Source: a virus. From it: a DNA stretch of 64,000 nucleotides. The notes under the pieces were generated by a model. That model made no database searches. It was given only the letters and a program-made list of their open reading frames with translations, and had not been told where the DNA came from. Of the stretch, positions 28,415 to 37,691 are shown in pieces. The DNA lies in IMG/VR virus record IMGVR_UViG_3300045988_182851, positions 39,491 to 103,490 of that record. One strand, given 5' to 3'. The first letter of the stretch is position 1. Each line of letters begins with the position of its first letter. A program made the translations under genes and the position numbers.

Positions 28415-29354
28415 CAAATATACCCCTACTTTCGTAGTACTTTAACACTTGTATAAGTGGGATTAGACTATATCTCAATATAATATTGTTAATATTATAT
28501 TTCAACGCACTTCCAACTGTAACCATTCTCAGTTGTACTCCTTAAAAAGGATAGTCGTTACACTTTAAAATAAATAATATTATATACGAACAATTTTTAA
28601 GTCATTCCATTTTAAATATTTATGCATTGAGGAATAACTTGCGTTATATTTTTCTTTAGCATATCGAGCTGCTGCTAATATGCTTTCAAATCTATCAATT
28701 AATATATCTCCTTTATATAATTTACAACACTTATAATTTCTTACAGGAGACATAGTTTTATAACTATCATATAAATTGTCTTTTCTAGTACACCATTCTA
28801 AATTATTCACCTTACAATTTTGTTTATTTTTGTCTTTATGATTAACTTCTGGTAGATTATAAGGATTAGGAATAAAATTCATCGCAACTAATCGATGCAA
28901 TAAATATTTTTTATTATCTAATCTTATCATCCTGTAATTCTTTTTACTATCTAAAAAAGGTTTAAGTTGTCGAATTTTCCCTTGTTTTATACTAAAAATC
29001 TTTCCATATGAAGTTATGTAATATTCGTGGTGATTTTTAATTTCTATTATTTTTTCACCTTTTTCAAGGAATGATGTAAAATTGATATAATCTATCATAA
29101 ATATACACCTCCTTATTTATATAATATTATTTATAATCTTAGCACGGTATCGCCTGCTATCCTTCAATATCTTTTATATAAAAATATTAGGACCGTAGGT
29201 TCTCTTACGAAGCTGCTTCGTCTATGGGTTAAGCTATATATCCTGTTGTGACACTTTATATAGCAGTCTTATTCAACTTCTACCGTTAGCACTTAATAAT
29301 AAAATATTAAGCACACCTCTGAGTTAGAGTCCACGCTGAACGCCCAATATATTT
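28415..29354 (-). other. group-I-like self-splicing intron (about 940 nt) interrupting dnaE between SMP and DIDSD, carrying an HNH homing endonuclease ORF
   Basis: exon 1 ends ..ATGCCT (U before the 5' splice site); the intron ends in G before GATATCGAT; joining restores the conserved ERVSMP|DIDSD; GC-richer structured segments at 29100-29350 and 28420-28580. Confidence 0.7.
28580..29098 (-). CDS. HNH homing endonuclease (HNH_3 / AP2-type, intron-encoded)
   Basis: HRLVAMNFIPNPYNLPEVNHKDKNKQNCKVNNLEWCTRKDN and an N-terminal YITSYGKIFS-type motif; RBS AAGGAGG before the ATG. Confidence 0.8.
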   Translation of the reverse strand: MIDYINFTSFLEKGEKIIEIKNHHEYYITSYGKIFSIKQGKIRQLKPFLDSKKNYRMIRLDNKKYLLHRLVAMNFIPNPYNLPEVNHKDKNKQNCKVNNLEWCTRKDNLYDSYKTMSPVRNYKCCKLYKGDILIDRFESILAAARYAKEKYNASYSSMHKYLKWNDLKIVRI

Positions 29355-31148
29355 AGGCATACTTACTCTTTCTGGATTTAAGAATCGTTCAAAAATCAGA
29401 TTATACTTAAATGGATCAATTCCGGTAATACCAAGTAAATATGTAACCAATGAACCGGCACCTGAACCTCTTCCAATGCCTATTCCAATTCCGGTATTAT
29501 AATTGTGAGCCTTAACATACTCTTTTGCACCTTCAATTGTTAAAGGTACTTCTGATAGTTTATCCATAGGTACTAATCCACAAATTCTTCCATATTCCAG
29601 GAAGTCCTTTACAATTAAATGATAATCGGCAAAGCCCATCTGAATAATAATATTAAGTTCGTATTCCATTCGTTTCTGATGTTCTTCATCCCATCCTTTT
29701 CCGTTAGGATATCTCCAATTAATTCCCTTAATTGCTTCAGATCTTAATAATTCGTTTGAGTCCTTGTTCTTATCAAATACTGGATAATGATTAGATTTTT
29801 CTGGAATATAAGCACATCTTTTTCCAATTACATTTAAGTTATTGAGTGCTTCTGCAACCTGATCATCTGTTAATATAGCTGATAAGGCCTGAGCAAGTTC
29901 GTAAGGTGTTTTTACATATAACTCTTTATCTGATTCCGACTCACTTATCTTAATAAATCTTAAAAACTTAGCTACATTACGCATATCAATACTTCTATCA
30001 GAATTATCTGCCATATGTGCATCATTAGCAGCAACTAATGGGATATTATGCTTCCTTGCTAACTGAGCTAACACAGGATATGTTCTGCTTTCCATTTCAA
30101 GCCCATGATTCTGAACTTCAATGTAATAATTACCTGCTCCAAAAATTTCCTGATAAAAAAGCATTGTCTTTTCTGCTTCAGACATTAATTCTATTGGGCT
30201 TTTCTTTAACGATTCATAATGCTGTATCTTATTTTCATGATTAATGTATTCCTCTACCTTAAGACTTATATCCTTTAACTCGGCTTTCTTAGCATTAACT
30301 AATTTTCTGACATTAGGAATTTTATCTTTAGCTTCCAGAATTTTATTATTTATCTCTTCATATTCGTTAATCAGTTTAATAAGCTCTGGATCATCATCAT
30401 TTAAACACTTCCTTGCATCTCTTAATTTTCTTGAAATCTGTGTCCTTTCTGATTTAAGTTCCTTGGAATCACGAATATTAATCAATTCATCTAAATCTGC
30501 CGATACCCTTTCAAATTCATCTTTAGCTGAAAGATATTCTTTATCATCAGGACTTATACAATCACGTATCACTAGCTCGTCTTTTTCAGTAGTATGCTGC
30601 TGTGCTTTTCTTTCTCTGTTAATCATTTTATCCAAAACATCATCTGATAATAATTGCAGAGCTGGTGCGCCCGAAACGCAAGCTGAAGTTGCTATTATAT
30701 CACCGTTAAAGTTATATTTCTTTAAATCTGATATTGTAATAACAGGCTTTCCCATTCTTTTTTCAGAAGCCTTAGAATTTAACTTATCAATAATATGCTT
30801 GCCTCTTTCTGAAGTGGCCAACATAATCATATGGCCAATCTGCTCATTTATCTTAAATGGCGGCACTTCAATATAAGCCTCTACGCCATAAATGATATTA
30901 AATGGATGTTCTTCAGTACTTATTTTCTTAGCGTAATCAATACATGTTTGCATTGCTGAAAATGATGCATGGTCCGTAACAGCAAATTTAGTATATCCTG
31001 CATTAAATGCAGCATCTAAATAACTTTTAGGTTCATCTACGGCATCAAACAAAGAGCCTCCTGGATGGTTATGTTCACACACTGTAACTCCTGATTCAAT
31101 AACCTTTTTTGTTAATTCTCCAATTTTTACATGTTCAAACATTGACAT
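29355..31148 (-). CDS. dnaE: DNA polymerase III alpha, exon 1 (PHP domain and palm) of the N-terminal gene
   Basis: [20 protein letters not shown]; [40 protein letters not shown]; RBS AAAGGAGGAAATTTAATG; about 170 aa coiled-coil insertion inside PHP. Confidence 0.85.
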
Positions 31149-31182
31149 TAAATTTCCTCCTTTATAAATTTTATAATTAATA

Positions 31183-31196
31183 CATGACAGAAAAAA
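31183..31196 (-). promoter_or_regulatory. conserved promoter-like motif (CATGACAGAAAAAA)
   Basis: about 35 nt before the dnaE exon 1 start. Confidence 0.5.
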
Positions 31197-31259
31197 TACA
31201 CCAGTTGACTAATCTCAACTGGTGTATAAATACACATTATTTAATTGTTAATTATTTTA

Positions 31260-32411
31260 TTATTCTACCTTAACAACGTCTCCTCTATCTGATGTTTCAG
31301 TAATAACAATATACTTGATTTCCATATTGTCGTTTGCAAGAGCAATTCTTGTTACATTATCTTCCTTACTTGTATCGACAATCCAATCATATCCTTCAAC
31401 TGCAGACATTATCTTTGAATCAGTAATGATTTTATCAACATACTCTCCAATCATAATTCTGTCTTCAAGTCTGATAAAATCAGCACTATTCCAACCAATT
31501 GAAACAGATTTAATATGTGAAGGGATATTAATACTATTGAGCCTCATTAATGTACCACCATTAAGAGCAATCATTTCTGCTTTAATATGATCCATTTCGA
31601 TTAATTCCTTAGTATTAGTAATTGTATCTAAATGATAATCACAATTATTGCATTCATCATAATCTCCACAATCATTTTCGCAGTCATAACCACAATCACA
31701 ATCAGGATTATAATAATTATTATCACATACCTGCTCTGTATATTCAATGACCCATGTAGGTACATTCATTGAATTTCTTACAGTAATGACATTATTTATT
31801 GGTGCGTCAAGCATTAAATAACTTGAAATATAATTCTTTGCACCATCATAAACGATAATTTCAGCATTATCAAAATATTCAGCGAAAATATCTTTTCCAT
31901 TAAAATCCTTCTTTGTTTCAAAGTGTGTATAGGAAGTCTTTAGTATCACATATTTGTCACATACACCTATAACTTCCGGCATTGGAATTGAAACTGGAAT
32001 AAGTTTCTTAAACTTATCCTCATCCGGCTTATAAGCAAATAAATCAATATAATCATCATATTCTGTTGTGTTTTCTCTAGGCAATACAGATAATAAAAGC
32101 TTACCTGGAACAGATGTAACGATACTCTTAATTACCAGTGAACCCTGCTGTGTAGCAGCAACACCATCCTTGAGTAAAATTCCGTCTTCAACTGAATATC
32201 CATCTGGAATATCTGGGACATTAGGATTGCTGATAAGTCTAAAAGCAATTGCGTTAGATGATGATATCATAACAGATATATCCTCGTTTACTTCACCGTT
32301 TTCTAAAAGACAAGCCGTTCCTACGCCATCGGTAACAGATGTAATTAAATACTGTCTGTTGTCAACCTTGTTTAATACTGTTACATTTTCTAAAATTTTG
32401 TTTTCTCTCAT
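31260..32411 (-). CDS. hypothetical protein (383 aa), tandem paralog of the 32544..33593 ORF, with a Cys/Asp-rich insert
   Basis: shared N-terminus MRENKILENVTVLNKVD and C-terminus TRIALAN..MEIK..VI.ETSDRGD..E; insert CDCGYDCENDCGDYDECNNCDYH. Confidence 0.55.
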   Translation of the reverse strand: MRENKILENVTVLNKVDNRQYLITSVTDGVGTACLLENGEVNEDISVMISSSNAIAFRLISNPNVPDIPDGYSVEDGILLKDGVAATQQGSLVIKSIVTSVPGKLLLSVLPRENTTEYDDYIDLFAYKPDEDKFKKLIPVSIPMPEVIGVCDKYVILKTSYTHFETKKDFNGKDIFAEYFDNAEIIVYDGAKNYISSYLMLDAPINNVITVRNSMNVPTWVIEYTEQVCDNNYYNPDCDCGYDCENDCGDYDECNNCDYHLDTITNTKELIEMDHIKAEMIALNGGTLMRLNSINIPSHIKSVSIGWNSADFIRLEDRIMIGEYVDKIITDSKIMSAVEGYDWIVDTSKEDNVTRIALANDNMEIKYIVITETSDRGDVVKVE

Positions 32412-32543
32412 AATGAAAAATCTCCTTTTTTTATTTTATTCAAATAAAATATGACAGAAAAATTAAAACAAAGTAGGATTAAAGCATATACATGCCTTAA
32501 TCCTACTTTTTAAATTAATTATAGAGAATTCCGTTAATATCAA

Positions 32544-33593
32544 TTACTCTATGGTTATAATGTCTCCTCTATCTCTTGTTTCAGAAATAACAAGAGTCTT
32601 TATCTCCATAGTATTTGTATTAGCAAGAGAAATTCTTGTAACATGATCCTTAGATGTAATATCCACAATTACATTATAACCTGCAAGCTCAGCAACTATC
32701 TTATCTGGGATCTTATATGTGATATCATTAATATACCACTTGCCTGAAGAAGCTTTAATAAGACTTGCGTTATATCCCTTTGAAATTGATTCTGGAACAC
32801 TGTCAATTGCTGTTGTCTTATAAAGACTTAATGAATGGCCTTCAGAAGCAACAAATCTTAATGTAATATAATCATCTTCCTTGATAACTCCGTCAGAATC
32901 GACTACTGTATCTGCTTCAATTGCGAAAATTGTTTCATTAGGTGCCTTAACAGAATCTACAGCCTTAATTGGCTCCGCAAAAGAAATATGATCAACAACT
33001 GCATCAGACATTACATCATATAACATGATTGCTGCAGCATCAAAGATATTATCTGTTTCAATAGTTCCATCTTCAAGCTTCTTATCCTTAGTATAAGTTC
33101 TTGAATATGTCATATATAACTGCATCTTATTCTCAGAAGAAGCAATAATTGTAACCTCTGGAATAGATCTTCTGATAAGCTTATTAAACTTATCTGACTC
33201 AACTGTATATGACATAATATCAAAATAGCCTTCCCTTGGCTCTCTTGGTTCTACAGATAAAATAAGTCTTCCTGCAACACCTGCAATAACATTATTAATT
33301 ACAAGCGAACCCTGTTCTGTAGCAGGGACTCCATTCTTAAGCAAAATTCCATTTTCTACAGTATATCCAGTTGGAACATCTGGAATATTAGGATCATCAA
33401 TCAACTTGTAAGCTATTGCATTATTAGCTGTAATTACTGCAGTAACCGAAGCATCAAGTGAACCATCCTCCTTGATTAACTTGGCAGTTCCTTTAATGGA
33501 ATCACCTGAACCATCAATATTAATTATCTGGTAATTCTTACGGTCTACCTTGTTTAATACTGTTACATTAGTCTTAATCTTGTTTATTCTCAT
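32544..33593 (-). CDS. hypothetical protein (349 aa), tandem paralog of the 31260..32411 ORF
   Basis: see above; promoter motif at 33636-33650. Confidence 0.55.
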   Translation of the reverse strand: MRINKIKTNVTVLNKVDRKNYQIINIDGSGDSIKGTAKLIKEDGSLDASVTAVITANNAIAYKLIDDPNIPDVPTGYTVENGILLKNGVPATEQGSLVINNVIAGVAGRLILSVEPREPREGYFDIMSYTVESDKFNKLIRRSIPEVTIIASSENKMQLYMTYSRTYTKDKKLEDGTIETDNIFDAAAIMLYDVMSDAVVDHISFAEPIKAVDSVKAPNETIFAIEADTVVDSDGVIKEDDYITLRFVASEGHSLSLYKTTAIDSVPESISKGYNASLIKASSGKWYINDITYKIPDKIVAELAGYNVIVDITSKDHVTRISLANTNTMEIKTLVISETRDRGDIITIE

Positions 33594-33684
33594 GATTAAG
33601 TCCTCCTTTTGTTTTTTATTTAATACAAATTACATATGACAGAAAAATAAAAATAAACAAAAAATTGGACTTGTTTTTTCGCAA

Positions 33685-33810
33685 ATCCTATTTTTATAAT
33701 ATCAAACAATATTGGCAAACCCCGAAGCTTCAGGCTTCGTGGGATAAGCCGATTTTTTATACTTTAAACAAAATTATATTTTAGCTCTGTCATATTAATT
33801 ATAGGTTAAA
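33685..33810 (+). repeat. R2 terminator-promoter cassette, copy B (inverted relative to copy A), with promoter CTGTCATAT on the plus strand at 33787-33795
   Basis: reverse complement nearly identical to 8125-8235; faces the IS left end and tnpB. Confidence 0.6.
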
Positions 33811-33818
33811 TCCTAAAT

Positions 33819-35375
33819 TTTTATGAAAGGCCGGGCTTTAATATGGACATAAAATCAAGCTATGCAGTTGAAGTTAAGAATATTAACAAATTGTTCAATC
33901 CAACAATTAAAATTTATAATCAGGCTGTAACTTTTTGCATCCAGGTGTTTGAAAATGAGTGGTCTGTATTAAAAGATATTAATGACTCAAAAATACAATG
34001 TGGTGTTGCAAGGAACTTAATTCATTCTACAAAGTCAAATAAAGCTAAGTATTCAGAGTTTGATAAATTGTTCCACAAAATGCCCAGCTATTGTACTACA
34101 GCAGTCATCAATGCATCTCTCGGTGTACTTAATTCTTATCATTCAAACTTACAGAACTGGTATGATGAAGGCTGCAAAGGTAATCGTCCTACATTGCAGA
34201 TTCATACCAATAAATATCCAGTCTTTTATAAAGACAACATGTATAAGTGGGCTGATACAAAAAATGCCATACTGCTCAAGCTTTTTATAAACAATGACTG
34301 GCAGTGGGTAAAGCTGCGCTTAAAACATACTGATATACAAAGTATTAAAAAGCACAGCATCAATGCAAAAATTTCTGTACCTATATTAGAAAAGAAGCAT
34401 AAGAAATGGTTTCTGCGATTTGCGTTTGAAAACAAAGCAATTTTAAATAAGACACCATTATCTAAGCAGAAAATCTTAGCAGTTGATCTGGGTATTAACA
34501 CAGATGCTACCTGTTCAGTTATGGATCATTATGGAACTGTCCTTGCAAGATGTTTTATCAATCATGCAAGTGAAAAAGACTATATTAAACATAATCTAAA
34601 CAGGATAAAAAAGTATCAGGCTGCAGGGCAAAAAGATGTGGTCCGGAAGTTATGGAGTTTAGTTAAGAATTACAATAATGAGCTTGCGTCAAAAACTGCT
34701 AATGCCATAGTGGATTATGCCAGACAATTAAATGTCGATGTTATAGTATTTGAACATCTGGATATGAAAGGCAGGAAGAGAGGATCCAAGCGCCAGTTAT
34801 TACACATGTGGAATAAGAATACTATACAGAGAATTGTCACTCATAAGGCTCATTTATCAGGTATCCGCATCAGTCATATATGTGCAAGGAACACAAGTAA
34901 GTTAGCATATGACGGTTCAGGATATGTACTAAGAGGAAAAGACGCAGGATTGCTTACATATGAACTTTGCAGATTCCAGACTGGCAAAATATATAACTGT
35001 GATTTATCTGCATCTTATAATATAGGAGCCAGATATTTTATTCGTGAAATCGAGAAATTATATACAGGGAAATCCATATGTAAAAAAATAAACATATGGT
35101 CTGATATCCAGGCGAAAGTACCTGAATGTCAAAGAAGAACACAAAATACCCTTTCAACACTAAGAGCTATACATCAATGTTTAGCAGTTTAGTGTAAAAA
35201 GGGTATGGATTCAGTCGCCTTCAATATAAAAATTGATTGTATTTAGTTTTAATGTGGTATGTCAGAGCGTAAGTTCTGATGCGCTAAGTTAAAACTGTAT
35301 AAGATGGTGGATAAAATTATGCTGAGTACAAGGCATAAGTGAATCTCCGAATCTAAAGATTCGGAGTGTGTTCAA
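33819..35375 (+). mobile_element. IS200/IS605-family element encoding TnpB only (IS1341-like), about 1.55 kb
   Basis: left end tttatgaaaggccgggc then the tnpB ATG; right-end hairpin ctccgaatc-taaa-gattcggag at 35345-35366; both ends recur in the mini copy (1741-1857) and the remnant (12848-13125). Confidence 0.7.
33843..35192 (+). CDS. tnpB: TnpB (IS200/IS605 OrfB, RuvC-like RNA-guided nuclease family)
   Basis: RuvC-I AVDLGINTDATCSV, RuvC-II VIVFEHLDM, C-terminal Cys cluster HICARNTSK...CRFQTG..YNCDLSASYNIGARYF; the only convincing plus-strand gene. Confidence 0.85.
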   Translation: MDIKSSYAVEVKNINKLFNPTIKIYNQAVTFCIQVFENEWSVLKDINDSKIQCGVARNLIHSTKSNKAKYSEFDKLFHKMPSYCTTAVINASLGVLNSYHSNLQNWYDEGCKGNRPTLQIHTNKYPVFYKDNMYKWADTKNAILLKLFINNDWQWVKLRLKHTDIQSIKKHSINAKISVPILEKKHKKWFLRFAFENKAILNKTPLSKQKILAVDLGINTDATCSVMDHYGTVLARCFINHASEKDYIKHNLNRIKKYQAAGQKDVVRKLWSLVKNYNNELASKTANAIVDYARQLNVDVIVFEHLDMKGRKRGSKRQLLHMWNKNTIQRIVTHKAHLSGIRISHICARNTSKLAYDGSGYVLRGKDAGLLTYELCRFQTGKIYNCDLSASYNIGARYFIREIEKLYTGKSICKKINIWSDIQAKVPECQRRTQNTLSTLRAIHQCLAV

Positions 35376-35381
35376 TAATTG

Positions 35382-35999
35382 TTAAAATTTATTTAAATTA
35401 ATTGATTGCTGATATTTACTTCTTTTATCATTTATTTTATATGATTTTTGCTTTTCTGTATCATACTTTTTTGCCAAAGAATCTACATATTCATCAAAAT
35501 CAGTTCTTAAATTCTGAGAATTATTATTAGCATAATCAGCTTTTTCTAATTCTTCATTTACAAGATCTGATAGTGATGTCTTAAGAACATGCTCCATTTT
35601 TTCCTTTTCAGTTTTTCTTTTTTCATTATTCTTACGAATTATATTACCGATAACTATTATCGCAATAACAATAACTATAAAAATACCTATACAAATTAAT
35701 ATACCCTTAATCGGAATATTAGTTAAAACATCTGATACGCTATTTCCAATATTTTCTGTAGCTTCTGTAGTACTTTCCGAATCTGTTTGTGAAGTATTAT
35801 ATTCGGTTCTTAAAATTGAAATTAAAATAGAAAATATAAATCTTGAAAAAATCAAGATTGTCCCCACTATACAATTACCAACTCCATTAGATACTCCTGA
35901 CTCATCATCATTTAAAACCGATTTAAGTATATTAGAAAAACCTGTAGCAACAATGATAACCCCTAAGCAGCCTAAACATGTGCTTATTACATTTAACAT
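35382..35999 (-). CDS. membrane protein (205 aa), coiled-coil C-terminus
   Basis: two long hydrophobic segments; RBS GTAAGGAG. Confidence 0.45.
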   Translation of the reverse strand: MLNVISTCLGCLGVIIVATGFSNILKSVLNDDESGVSNGVGNCIVGTILIFSRFIFSILISILRTEYNTSQTDSESTTEATENIGNSVSDVLTNIPIKGILICIGIFIVIVIAIIVIGNIIRKNNEKRKTEKEKMEHVLKTSLSDLVNEELEKADYANNNSQNLRTDFDEYVDSLAKKYDTEKQKSYKINDKRSKYQQSINLNKF

Positions 36000-36808
36000 A
36001 AAAACTCCTTACACTTAAATATACTCTAAAACTATAATTTAAAAATTAACTTAGAGTTTTAAAATAGCATTTTTAATACTTCAATATCATCATATACAAA
36101 TAAACATCGACTGAAATCCCATCTTCAGATATTTCACTGGCAACGGCATGTATTCCATCGATGAGCGTCTTATTTACTTCATTTTATTGTTCAAAATACC
36201 AGCTATAGTCATAACCTTTATTATCAATCAACACTACCCCAAAACACATCACACATCAATTACTATTCATTTGCACAGTTCTCTACTGCAGCTTCTGTCT
36301 GCTGTGTTTCAACATTCGTATTCTTAGCTGTATTTATAACACTATAACCTACCACAAACATTATTGTACTAATCCAAATAACAGCTATAATAACAACATA
36401 AATGCCATAATCATGCAAAAAATCTAACATAACCTGTCCCTCTCATTTTATTTCTTCTCTAATCTTTATTATTAAAATCCTGCCTTTTACAGGTAAGCGA
36501 GATGCTTAGGTTGAGTTTCACTATTTACTTTTATTGAAAAACAATAAAGGAAAATGTTAAAGCTGAATAATAAATTATTCTGCCTTATTATTTTTCTTCT
36601 TGTTTTCTTCCTTTTCCTTTAAAAGACTATTCTCCATCTTTACAAAAATTGATTTCTTCTTGCCAAAAGGCTTTGCTGTAATTCCCATTTGTTAAATCCT
36701 TTCTTAATTAAAATATTTTTTAAAGACATTTAATATATGACAGATTTAATTACTCATTTTTTTACATAAAAAAAGAGATGGTTTTTGCCACCTCTTTTTT
36801 AAAATAAT

Positions 36809-37372
36809 TCAAAAATATTTCGAATAAAATAAATCAACCTGATGATACAAATATTGCAAATCCTTATCGTTAAATATTAAGAAATTATAATCTTTTGATT
36901 TTTTGTATTCATCAAATTCCTCTCTTTCACTCTCTAAGCGTATTCGCAAAGTATCAGGATTATCTCCTCTTAGAAGCCCTCTTTTAATTATTTTATTTTC
37001 AGCCAAATCAACATATACACAAATCAAATTAAACAAATTATACTTATTATGCTCTTTTAACCATTTAACGCCATCGGGGTTTATAATGTATACGCATATA
37101 TTTGAAGGTAAAGCTTCTAATGCAGCACAATATTCTATTCCAGTTTTATTATTTTTTGTATAAGCTATAATTGTTTTTTCTTTTAAAACATTGCTCATTT
37201 CTTCCTTTGAAATAAATACATGTTCCACACCATTTGTCTCATATTCTCTTTTGGGCCTTGTTGTCATTGAAACAACTGAAGGAATTCCATATTTTTCATT
37301 TAATACTTTTGCGACTGTATCTTTGCCACTTGATGTCTTTCCTATAACTGCAATTATTGTCTTTTTATCCAT
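36809..37372 (-). CDS. deoxynucleoside monophosphate kinase (P-loop, T4 gp1-like)
   Basis: Walker A IAVIGKTSSGKDTVAKVL; size 187 aa; RBS AGGAGA. Confidence 0.6.
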   Translation of the reverse strand: MDKKTIIAVIGKTSSGKDTVAKVLNEKYGIPSVVSMTTRPKREYETNGVEHVFISKEEMSNVLKEKTIIAYTKNNKTGIEYCAALEALPSNICVYIINPDGVKWLKEHNKYNLFNLICVYVDLAENKIIKRGLLRGDNPDTLRIRLESEREEFDEYKKSKDYNFLIFNDKDLQYLYHQVDLFYSKYF

Positions 37373-37388
37373 ATTAAAAATCTCCTAA

Positions 37389-37445
37389 TGAACTACTCAC
37401 AACCGACTTTTGTCGGATGGAGTTTTCTTGCAATTCTTCGGTAAC
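37389..37445 (-). repeat. R1 structured repeat, copy 3
   Basis: ends 16 nt before the kinase RBS; lies in the 3'UTR of the 49 aa ORF. Confidence 0.6.
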
Positions 37446-37594
37446 TAATGCCATAAGCAATTATATAATTCATCAATGCGATTCTGGCATCTGTCAGCTT
37501 CTAATTCATTACCGGATTCCGAATACTGGTCCCTTTTAATTTCCCAATTTTGAATTTCTTTTTTTATTCTTGTATATTTACCATTTTCTTTCAT
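37445..37594 (-). CDS. hypothetical small protein (49 aa, MKENGKYTRIKKEIQNWEIK...)
   Basis: translated by hand; RBS AAAAGGAG; promoter motif at 37627-37644. Confidence 0.3.
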   Translation of the reverse strand: MKENGKYTRIKKEIQNWEIKRDQYSESGNELEADRCQNRIDELYNCLWH

Positions 37595-37626
37595 ATATTA
37601 ACTCCTTTTATCTTAAAATTTATTAA

Positions 37627-37644
37627 ATATATGACAGAAAAAAA
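37627..37644 (-). promoter_or_regulatory. conserved promoter-like motif (ATATATGACAGAAAAAAA)
   Basis: see the motif finding. Confidence 0.5.
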
Positions 37645-37691
37645 GTCCCATTTAATTAAATGGGACTGAAAATTATTTTTATGAATTAATG

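Noticed and set aside
20295-28417. Split inteins joining the two dnaE cistrons
   Set aside because: The N-part ends 2 residues (CS) after the homology, then TAG TGA and a terminator. The C-part starts with Met directly in the homologous sequence. No IntN or IntC-sized extensions exist.
27659-31148. Intein as the explanation for the dnaE interruption
   Set aside because: The intervening sequence is not an in-frame continuation. There are stop codons 16 codons after SMP, a separate RBS-equipped HNH ORF, and no Cys/Ser/Thr plus His-Asn boundary residues. An intron is the better explanation.
36262-36430. Small TM ORF (holin-like) in the 36.0-36.8 kb gap
   Set aside because: Careful re-translation shows an in-frame TAG after 29 codons (..ISTINVCGRL*). 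Not a convincing gene.
36485-36545. Structured element caggtaagcgagatgcttaggttgag as a possible ncRNA
   Set aside because: Single copy, no clear helices or conservation within the window. Probably just 3'UTR sequence.
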